Positions 56,755-64,000 of a stretch of DNA of 64,000 nt are shown here, piece after piece (the stretch's first letter is position 1; each line of letters starts with the position of its first letter). This stretch comes from an uncultured virus (IMG/VR IMGVR_UViG_3300032309_003726) (Duplodnaviria; Heunggongvirae; Uroviricota; Caudoviricetes): the IMG/VR virus record IMGVR_UViG_3300032309_003726, one strand, 5' to 3'. The notes beneath the pieces were generated by a model. The model saw only the letters and a list, made by a program, of their open reading frames with translations. It searched no databases and was not told the origin of the DNA. The translations under genes were made by a program, and so were the position numbers.

Positions 56755-57468
56755 TTATCCTAGTCTATCGATTATCTTTCCCACCAATGGATGCCTTACT
56801 ATGCAATCATTGTTGAACTCTATAACCCCAACTCCGTTTAAATCCCTTAATTTTTGAACAACTTCAACCAAAGCAACTTTGTTACCAATATCACTTTGGG
56901 TTGGATCTCCTGTGATTATAATTTTGCTATTTTCTCCAAAACGAGTTAAAAATAATTTTAATTGCAAAAGAGAAGCATTTTGTGCTTCGTCAAAAATACA
57001 AATAGAATTTAAAAATGAACGACCTCGCATAAAAGCTATAGGAGCCACCTCGACAGCTTGATCTATTTTTTCTCTCCAAGGACCATGTGACCCAACCATT
57101 TGATCCATGCAATCATACAGAGGTATCATATAAGGGTGTACCTTTTCAGCGAACTCACCGGGCAGGAAACCCAAAGACTCCCCTGCTTCAACAATAGGTC
57201 TTGTCAAAATAATTTTACTTCTTTTATTATTTAATATCTGCTCTATTGCAAAAGCGCTGGCTAAAAAAGTTTTTCCTGTGCCCGCTGAACCCAACAAAAA
57301 AAGTACATCAAACTTCTGGAACGCAGCCCAAGCTTCGCTTTGAACTTTATTTTTAAATTCAATGTGAAAATTAGAATTAGACTGAGGAACTTTAATTGGT
57401 TTGGCGTTTTTTGCGTTTTTATTTTTTTCGTTCTTTAAATTTGCAGATTTTCTTTTTTTAAATCCCAT
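56755..57468 (-). CDS. phoH: PhoH family ATPase
   Basis: GSAGTGKT, LTRPIVEAGESLGFLPG, AFMRGR, DEAQN, GDPTQSD, VRHPLV. Confidence 0.95.
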   Translation of the reverse strand: MGFKKRKSANLKNEKNKNAKNAKPIKVPQSNSNFHIEFKNKVQSEAWAAFQKFDVLFLLGSAGTGKTFLASAFAIEQILNNKRSKIILTRPIVEAGESLGFLPGEFAEKVHPYMIPLYDCMDQMVGSHGPWREKIDQAVEVAPIAFMRGRSFLNSICIFDEAQNASLLQLKLFLTRFGENSKIIITGDPTQSDIGNKVALVEVVQKLRDLNGVGVIEFNNDCIVRHPLVGKIIDRLG

Positions 57469-57523
57469 TTATTTCCTTTCAAAAATGCACACTATATTTA
57501 GAATCCAACGTTAATAATAAAAA

Positions 57524-57550
57524 ACCTTGCCAATATTAAATTGGCAAGGT
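57524..57550 (-). terminator. intrinsic terminator-like hairpin
   Basis: ACCTTGCCAAT-N5-ATTGGCAAGGT with a U-run on the minus strand. Confidence 0.6.
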
Positions 57551-57999
57551 AAAAAATATCACAATTCATTTGAAGAGATGCCAAGTGCTAATCTAACAAC
57601 CTAAAACTCAACCCTGTTTTCATAACCTTGACAATTGAAAAGAAGATAGTTGTTTTTAAAAGAATCTCAACCAATTTGGATTTGTATTAAATGCTTTACA
57701 ACTAAAAAGTATTTAATTATTGAAACTTTTAACAATATTTATTGACAATTTTTGTCACCCCACCCTTAAATCTTTACTTTTTCAATGATTTTTTTAATAC
57801 AAACTTGAAAAGATTGCTGTTCTTTTCCGACTTTCCGCCTATCAAGGTTAGGTTCGCAACCTCGCACCAAACATTGGTGGCATGTGTAATTTTATGGAAA
57901 ATTACATGAACCTCTTTTCGACAAAAAAGATAATGCTAAATTTAAAGTCCAAAGTAGACTTGTTTGTACAAAATATAATAGAAAAAACTAAATACTTTT

Positions 58000-58482
58000 A
58001 TGTTAAACTTTAAAAAATTTCTTCAAGATAACATGGAAGAAGAAAAAGAAGATATTCAGAAAACTCTTTCCAAGTTGCCAAAAGCACACGCAGATCTTGT
58101 TAAAGGGTACAAGTGGAAGTTTCATGCCGGAAACACACTAAATGGAGATGATAAACACGTTGGCTATATGGACAAATACTCGAAGGAAATAGCCATAGCG
58201 GCACCTTGGAATTTTTCAAGAGAGTTTACAATTCTTCACGAAATAGCTCATCTTGTATATGAAAGATTATCAAAAGAAATAAAAAGTCAATGGTCGCAAG
58301 TTGTCAAAAAAAACTTTGAAAAACAAACACAAGAAAATCCTGGGGCAAAAGATTCTTTAAAACAAATACCCGAAGAAATTTTTTGTCATTGCTATGCCAA
58401 TTTTTATTCCAAGCACAAAAATGCAACCTACAACAACCCTGAGTGGATGGGATTTATAAAGATTTTACACAATGCGATTTAA
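58000..58482 (+). CDS. zincin-like metallopeptidase with capsid-targeting-like N-terminus
   Basis: MLNFKKFL; ILHEIAH; distal PEEIFC..YA third ligand. Confidence 0.7.
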   Translation: MLNFKKFLQDNMEEEKEDIQKTLSKLPKAHADLVKGYKWKFHAGNTLNGDDKHVGYMDKYSKEIAIAAPWNFSREFTILHEIAHLVYERLSKEIKSQWSQVVKKNFEKQTQENPGAKDSLKQIPEEIFCHCYANFYSKHKNATYNNPEWMGFIKILHNAI

Positions 58483-59608
58483 ACTTTGGTTAGAAAACAT
58501 GGAAAGCGCCGAGGACATCTTTAAAAGATTATCCTCATTGATTTTATCCGCATCCACATATCAAGGTGCAATAAAAAGTTTGTCCAGTGCGGGGGTGATT
58601 CCTGATTTTGGCACAGATCAATATACTCAACTAGGACACAAATGGAAAGATGCTTTTTATGGTTTAATATCTGGTGATACGGGGGGCGGAATGTTCATGC
58701 CCGAAACCAATCCAGATTTGGCATCTAAGTTATACACAATTGCTAATAGAATTAAATCTGTGGGTTTTGATGTCATAGATGACCCTCAAGGATCTTGGTA
58801 CTTTTTTCAAATCGAGGGATATAAGCCCGATGGTGCGAAAAAAAAGATACATGTAAAAATACCAGCAGACAACCTAGAATATGCTGTAAAGCTTGCTGAA
58901 CTAATAAAACAAAACCTTGTTAATGTTCGTCAATTTAAGTTTGCTGCAAAAGGCAACAGCTTTGAGTCTAGACGGGATAATTTTGTTATTTATTTATCAA
59001 AACAGGGCGAAAGTAATAGTGAAGATTTTATAAAAGCAATTAAATCTTTAGGCTTAAGTACCGATGTAGGGGAAGACTTTAAAGGCAGCACTGGTAATTC
59101 ACTTAGTCAGACCGAGCTTGTAAGTCTAAGATTATCTGCAATATTATTAAGTAAACCGGGTATTCCCAGACCTAACTTTGCAGGTCAAAAGTTATGGAAA
59201 GATACAGAACAAGAGTTTTTAATGTCTGACCCTGTCGCTTCTCCTTATTTAAAAGGAACAGGACAGCCTCCGGCAACTCAAGCCAGCGGTGGTGTTCAAG
59301 ACTATCAACCAAAAACACTAACTCTGTACGGTGGCAATCGGCCCTTATCAATTAATATTGACACACAAATCGGCAAACCTGTGCTGCAATCTTTAGGTGA
59401 TGTTGCACAATACTTTTCAGATGTCCAGTTCAGAATTCAAAAAGCAAGCAACGGCTGGTATTTGATACCAAACAACACAGCAGTCAACCAAACCATAATT
59501 AACGGATCAGTGGTTCGTGGAGCCACAAGAATTAACATTAACGATCAAATTGGAATTATAGGAAAGTCTGGTCGGCAAATAATGCCCTTAAAAGCAACAA
59601 GCGTATAA
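58472..59608 (+). CDS. HopA1/phosphothreonine-lyase-like domain + C-terminal FHA-like domain
   Basis: MRFKLWLE; KKIHVK...QFKF...RRDNFVIY; IG...FS..QF.I...WYL...N.T.ING...IND.IGI. Confidence 0.55.
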   Translation: MRFKLWLENMESAEDIFKRLSSLILSASTYQGAIKSLSSAGVIPDFGTDQYTQLGHKWKDAFYGLISGDTGGGMFMPETNPDLASKLYTIANRIKSVGFDVIDDPQGSWYFFQIEGYKPDGAKKKIHVKIPADNLEYAVKLAELIKQNLVNVRQFKFAAKGNSFESRRDNFVIYLSKQGESNSEDFIKAIKSLGLSTDVGEDFKGSTGNSLSQTELVSLRLSAILLSKPGIPRPNFAGQKLWKDTEQEFLMSDPVASPYLKGTGQPPATQASGGVQDYQPKTLTLYGGNRPLSINIDTQIGKPVLQSLGDVAQYFSDVQFRIQKASNGWYLIPNNTAVNQTIINGSVVRGATRININDQIGIIGKSGRQIMPLKATSV

Positions 59609-59609
59609 A

Positions 59610-60341
59610 TTATTTCTTTTGGGCTGCGGCCATCAACTTGCCGACTATTCCCATGGCTTGTTCGCACATTCTTTCGTATTCACTTGGGTCCATTCCAAAG
59701 GCTTTATAGTGATGCACAATATTGTTGCCAATTGCTTGAGGCGTGTGTCCTTTGTATTGTGCCCGTAAAGTCATAATAAAAGACATGCCAACAAGTGGAA
59801 GATCCTCTGGCCAAGGTCCAATATCATCCCAACAACGACGACTAATTAACATACAATATTCTTGAACAAAATTAACTTGTTGCTTTTGAATATAATAAGC
59901 ATGAAGACTTGTTCCCACAACTCCAGCGGATCTACTTTCAGACAGGTTAACCATAACATCTATCCAAGCTGGGTCTAAGACAACCGTATCGGCGTGCATA
60001 AAAATAAAATATTTTGAATTTGGATCAGCGACGGCAACACCTTGGTTTGCGGCCTTCGACCAATACTCATTAGTTTTATTTTTAATTACCTTAATCCCCT
60101 CTTGTTGAAGCACCTCTAAATATTCTTGAGTCTCTTGATCCGAAGCGTTGTCAACAACTATGACCTCATAATTATTAAGATTACTCATTGCGTGAATAGA
60201 TTGAAGACATATATTTAAATATTCGGGTCTATTGTGGTGAACCACGATAATAGAAACTTGCTCATTAGATCCATCATTTAAATTAAAACTTAAAGTTGGC
60301 TTGTCCGATGGTGATTCTAATGGATTAAACGGTTGATTCAT
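59610..60341 (-). CDS. glycosyltransferase family 2
   Basis: VSIIVVHHNR, YEVIVVDNAS, FMHADT. Confidence 0.85.
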   Translation of the reverse strand: MNQPFNPLESPSDKPTLSFNLNDGSNEQVSIIVVHHNRPEYLNICLQSIHAMSNLNNYEVIVVDNASDQETQEYLEVLQQEGIKVIKNKTNEYWSKAANQGVAVADPNSKYFIFMHADTVVLDPAWIDVMVNLSESRSAGVVGTSLHAYYIQKQQVNFVQEYCMLISRRCWDDIGPWPEDLPLVGMSFIMTLRAQYKGHTPQAIGNNIVHHYKAFGMDPSEYERMCEQAMGIVGKLMAAAQKK

Positions 60342-60423
60342 AAAGTTTACCTCTTTTTAAAAGAGTTTTATTTTTAAAATTTTAAAAATAAAGTAATAGA
60401 TAAAAAACAAAGGGGAAATTAAT

Positions 60424-60756
60424 ATGAAAAAATCAACTAATGGTTTGACTCCAGCGCAAAAAAAATTGCCACAAAAACTTCAAGATGCTATCTTAAATAG
60501 CAAAAAACACAAAAAACCAAAAAATAAAGATGATCACGATGACCATGATGACCATGAAATAAACAAAGAAAAAGCGGACTTGGATGGTGATGGAAAACTA
60601 TCATCTTATGAGATGAAAAGAGGAAAAGCGATCCAAAAAGCAATGAAAGAAAAAGATTGTGGTTGCGAAGGGGAATGCGATTGTAAAAAAGATGAAGTAT
60701 ACAAAAAGTCTCTTCCAACTTTTCAAGAATGGTTAAAGTGGAGAGAATCTAAGTAA
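60424..60756 (+). CDS. basic phage protein with EF-hand-like motif
   Basis: LTPAQKKLP; ADLDGDGKLSSYE.KRG.AI.KAM; C-terminal TFQEWL. Confidence 0.65.
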   Translation: MKKSTNGLTPAQKKLPQKLQDAILNSKKHKKPKNKDDHDDHDDHEINKEKADLDGDGKLSSYEMKRGKAIQKAMKEKDCGCEGECDCKKDEVYKKSLPTFQEWLKWRESK

Positions 60757-60782
60757 AAACAACCAGTTCATTGGAAAAATAA

Positions 60783-61166
60783 ATGAAATTAAAGTTAACT
60801 GATTATAAGGTTACCGATCTGATTCTGTCAAATTATAAAGAAATTCACACAAGTGTTAATATATCAAGTGGAGTTCTTAATATAGATCTAAATCAAGGTA
60901 ACGTTTTTTTAATAAACTTTGATCAAAATGTTAGCAATTTAAATATATTAAATGTTCCAAATTTAGACAACATAGTTGTTGCTTTTACAATGGTGATAAC
61001 AACATCAGGATCAAACAGGACTATTTCTTGGCCAAATAGTATCAAATGGCCAGCCAGCGCAGCGCCAGTAATAACGATTTTCACTGATAAAAAAGATTTT
61101 TTTAGTTTTGTAACAATGGACAAAGGTGTAAGCTGGTTTGGTTTTATAGGAGGGCAAAATTATTAA
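60783..61166 (+). CDS. tail-fibre-associated domain protein
   Basis: LNIDL..GNVF...RTISWP.SIKWP..AP...D.FSF.T.D.G.SW.G..GGQNY. Confidence 0.65.
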   Translation: MKLKLTDYKVTDLILSNYKEIHTSVNISSGVLNIDLNQGNVFLINFDQNVSNLNILNVPNLDNIVVAFTMVITTSGSNRTISWPNSIKWPASAAPVITIFTDKKDFFSFVTMDKGVSWFGFIGGQNY

Positions 61167-61819
61167 TGTTTGGAGGATTATTACACAAAATAGTATCAAC
61201 TTCTTTTGACTATACTATTTATAATTTTGATTTCTCTAGCGTTAGCAATATATCTCTTTTGGAAAATGCCTCAATATCAAACAATGAATTAATTTTAACA
61301 CCAAACACACAAAACTCCTCAGGATCAGCAGAGTTTTTAAATGTAAGAGTTGGATCTAGTAGATATGTTAAAATAATTTTTGATTATAAAATTTTTGACG
61401 GAAATGGGGCTGACGGTCTGGGTTTCGAATTATCAAGAAGAGCGGCCACCCCTTTGTTGGGTTCGGGCAATTATGTATCCAATGGTATAAGAATGTTTTT
61501 GGACACATATGATAATGGAGACGGTGTGGGAATAAAAATTTATAGAGATAACTCGAATAGAGTATTTTTCAGCAGTAATTCTTTAAGAAGCAATAACTAT
61601 AGGAAAGTTTATTTTGAATTAGATAGCGTTAAAAGAAAATTAAACTTTACAATAGATCAGGTAATAACAAACGGATCTATAGATCTGTCCACGGAGGAAT
61701 GCGATCTATTTGATTCACCGGATAGTGATATTGTTCAGTACCGGTTAAGGTTTTATGGCAAAACCGGAGGCTTGACTGATCGGCATTCTATTAAAAATTT
61801 AACAATAGTCACAAAATGA
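61166..61819 (+). CDS. L-type (legume) lectin-like domain protein
   Basis: LILTP...GADGLGF...DTYDN...GKTGGLTDRH.I. Confidence 0.7.
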   Translation: MFGGLLHKIVSTSFDYTIYNFDFSSVSNISLLENASISNNELILTPNTQNSSGSAEFLNVRVGSSRYVKIIFDYKIFDGNGADGLGFELSRRAATPLLGSGNYVSNGIRMFLDTYDNGDGVGIKIYRDNSNRVFFSSNSLRSNNYRKVYFELDSVKRKLNFTIDQVITNGSIDLSTEECDLFDSPDSDIVQYRLRFYGKTGGLTDRHSIKNLTIVTK

Positions 61820-61820
61820 A

Positions 61821-62027
61821 CTAACTCAAGCCTTCAATTTCTACATTCTCTATAACACCATATTCTATAAAACACTCTATTTCTCCTATTTTGGTTGTCC
61901 TTGGAAGTTCGTTTTCTCTTAAAAATTTAAATAAATTTTCACTATTTTTGTCGGCTTTTACAACACGAACAAAAACATACTCGCCCATAACTTGGCGAGC
62001 TATACTAACCAAAATAGATACACTCAT
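61821..62027 (-). CDS. hypothetical protein
   Basis: 68-aa ORF in operon. Confidence 0.55.
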   Translation of the reverse strand: MSVSILVSIARQVMGEYVFVRVVKADKNSENLFKFLRENELPRTTKIGEIECFIEYGVIENVEIEGLS

Positions 62028-62320
62028 ACATCATCCAATTCTTTAGATTTTTCTTCTTTTGAATCGCAATTAGCATTAATTTCTTTTTTTCTTTTTGATC
62101 TTACTCTTTCAATCATTAAGTTGAAATTTTTTCTAAAACTAGGAAAAGCTTGTGTAGGATATCTTTTTGCCAATTCTATGAGTCCATTCGTTGTATATTC
62201 GTCCAAACCTTGCACCTTGATCCAACCTATAACAGTGTCCAAAGTTAACTGCCTCTGTAATTTTCCGCCAGATTTCCCTGGGACGTAAACTTGAGCCTTT
62301 ATAGAACCGGCTTCACTCAT
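62024..62320 (-). CDS. hypothetical protein
   Basis: 98-aa ORF, GGAG RBS. Confidence 0.6.
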   Translation of the reverse strand: MSEAGSIKAQVYVPGKSGGKLQRQLTLDTVIGWIKVQGLDEYTTNGLIELAKRYPTQAFPSFRKNFNLMIERVRSKRKKEINANCDSKEEKSKELDDV

Positions 62321-62610
62321 ATTATTTCTCCTATGTCTTGATTCATTATCTCTTCAACTGTTTTCTCTGCTTCGGCCACCTCTTCATTAACTTCTTCGGA
62401 GGATGAGAAGAAGTCCTCTGGAAGAATATACATTGAATCTAAATAAGAAAAAATATGGTCACTATAAAAAGAATCGCCCGTTTGGGAATAAACTTTTTTA
62501 TTAACCAAATCTACATTAACCATCATAGTTTTTTCTTGACCATCAACAACAATTTTCAATTTTGCTGGCGTTAAAAAAACTAACTCTTTTATTTCTATTT
62601 TTTCAGACAT
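62317..62610 (-). CDS. acidic hypothetical protein (start revised to MSEKIE)
   Basis: Longer start overlaps the + strand gene. Confidence 0.55.
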   Translation of the reverse strand: MSEKIEIKELVFLTPAKLKIVVDGQEKTMMVNVDLVNKKVYSQTGDSFYSDHIFSYLDSMYILPEDFFSSSEEVNEEVAEAEKTVEEIMNQDIGEII

Positions 62611-62647
62611 AGATATTGGGTTGCCTATGTTTTTATAAGAGTAATAT

Positions 62648-63067
62648 ATGTCTAAATTTAAACAATTTTTAATTAAAGAAGAATTTGGATTAGGAGATAT
62701 AAAACAAAAAATAAATAAAATTTTTGACAACAAAAGTTATTCAAATTTTTTATCATCATCAGCAAATAACACTTATGATTATTCTCCATGGAGAGGAAAC
62801 GATAGTATAAACAATCAAAAAGAGCCTGTTGATTTGGTGATTCCAAATATAGAAAAAACCGCCCGAATAATATTTTTAGACGTTAAAAAAACTCCAATAA
62901 GAATGCTTTTGTCGGATGGGACTGAGTGTCTATTCTCTGAGGTGGAGTTTAGAAAAATAAAAGGAATTCCAGAAATAAACAAAACCATAACTTTAGTGTT
63001 TCAAAGAAACCCTAATGATTTTTCGAAAAATTTTTCAAAAATAGAAAAAGTTATTGTACTGGATTGA
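62648..63067 (+). CDS. hypothetical protein with capsid-targeting-like N-terminus
   Basis: MSKFKQFLIKEE. Confidence 0.6.
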   Translation: MSKFKQFLIKEEFGLGDIKQKINKIFDNKSYSNFLSSSANNTYDYSPWRGNDSINNQKEPVDLVIPNIEKTARIIFLDVKKTPIRMLLSDGTECLFSEVEFRKIKGIPEINKTITLVFQRNPNDFSKNFSKIEKVIVLD

Positions 63068-63380
63068 AGCCACGATCTTGCTCCCAATCTTTTTGCCAAG
63101 ATTCAAATCCATTGTAAGATCCATGAGTAAGATCATTTTTAAAAGAAATTTTTGAGTATAATTCATCGCCCTGAGTATCAACCTGCAAACTCTCAGGATT
63201 TACTTTATCTGGATCGAAACCTGGACCATACGGAGATGGAGAATAATTTTGTTTTAATTTTTCAATAACGCAACCTGTTGTGGCGTTAATTATGAATTTA
63301 CTAAAAGCAAACCCTAGCAAGTTGATTGTAATTAAAGAAATAACTATTAGAAATATTTTATTATTTTTTAAATCATCCAT
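63051..63380 (-). CDS. membrane-anchored hypothetical protein
   Basis: TM helix; YSPSPYGPGFDPDK. Confidence 0.6.
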   Translation of the reverse strand: MDDLKNNKIFLIVISLITINLLGFAFSKFIINATTGCVIEKLKQNYSPSPYGPGFDPDKVNPESLQVDTQGDELYSKISFKNDLTHGSYNGFESWQKDWEQDRGFNPVQ

Positions 63381-64000
63381 TTTTTTCTCCTATTTTTTTA
63401 AAAATTTCTTGTCTATTTGTGTTCAAACAAGAGTTTTCTAACTCCATTAGTTTAGTAAAAATTTCTTTTTCTTTATCACCCAAATCATTTGGTGTGTGGA
63501 GCGTAAGATTAACGTATTGATCACCACGTTGGTATATAGTATCACTGGTATTAAATATAGGTAATCCTAAGTTCTTCAGTCTTAGCTTTTGATTCGGCTT
63601 TGATTTTGGGGGAATAACAATGGCGGCTCGCCCTTCCAAGGTAGGAACCTCTATTTGAGTTCCCAAAACAAGTTCAGAATATCCAACAGGCCAATTTATT
63701 AAAATGTCTCCCTTTGGTAATCTTTCAAAATATTCATGCTTCTGTACATTTATTGATATAAACAAATCGCCAAAAACACCATCAGAATCAACTGGGGGAT
63801 TTCCCAGACCTTTTTGAACAAATCTCATTCGATTATCTACTCCGGGGAAGATTTTGAATTTTATTTTTTGTTCCTCCGAGTTGATGTATCCCCCTTCGCA
63901 ATTTGAACAAGATTCACCTATAACGCTTCCGGTGCCACCGCACGCCTGACAGCCAGCCCTCACGGTCATGGCCCTCCCTTGAATTACCCTTGAACCAGTG
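63373..64000 (-). CDS. dnaJ: DnaJ chaperone, C-terminal part (partial)
   Basis: CQACGGTG Zn-finger repeat, GDL.I, H..FER, LG..IEVPTLEG, LRLK..GLP, RGDQYV. Confidence 0.9.
   Translation of the reverse strand, partial: TGSRVIQGRAMTVRAGCQACGGTGSVIGESCSNCEGGYINSEEQKIKFKIFPGVDNRMRFVQKGLGNPPVDSDGVFGDLFISINVQKHEYFERLPKGDILINWPVGYSELVLGTQIEVPTLEGRAAIVIPPKSKPNQKLRLKNLGLPIFNTSDTIYQRGDQYVNLTLHTPNDLGDKEKEIFTKLMELENSCLNTNRQEIFKKIGEKNG

Noticed and set aside
57700..57770. tmRNA 5' end (GGGGTGA on the minus strand)
   Set aside because: No GAxTCGAC motif, tag reading frame or T-arm/acceptor 3' end found
1620..62288. Numerous 60-140 aa ORFs nested antisense or out of frame within longer genes (e.g. 3605, 7170, 39861, 47345, 54018)
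   Set aside because: Shadow ORFs without RBS or motifs, fully overlapping well-supported CDSs
1..64000. Stop-codon reassignment, as in some jumbo phages
   Set aside because: Recognisable proteins are full-length under code 11, and TAA, TAG and TGA all end genes at tight junctions

Overview
AT-rich, densely coding 64-kb segment of a large lytic (jumbo, T4-like) bacteriophage genome. The host is probably a member of Planctomycetota, inferred from a planctomycete-style sigma-70, HNH, TROVE and 'SPY..RPTGH..FMNxSHYY' proteins. No capsid, terminase or polymerase genes are in the window. It holds many glycan-modifying enzymes, two large paralogous virion-like proteins, PhoH, a partial DnaJ and tRNAs lacking encoded CCA. 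The main highlights are: (1) a complete four-gene ubiquitin-like conjugation cassette (E2, JAB, E1, Ubl ending in KG); (2) a Ro60/TROVE gene followed by a promoter-driven RNA unit of one tRNA-like RNA plus two covarying Y-RNA-like stems; (3) a ~75-nt sRNA made of CsrA/RsmA-type ANGGA hairpins; (4) about a dozen unrelated proteins with a T4-like capsid-targeting N-terminal motif, several behind leaderless late-promoter-like boxes, including an HD+CCA-adding enzyme fusion, an intein-containing protein and a lyase-like+FHA protein; (5) an HNH element sitting in a rearranged tRNA-Cys locus. All family assignments come from motif recognition by eye, not from database searches.
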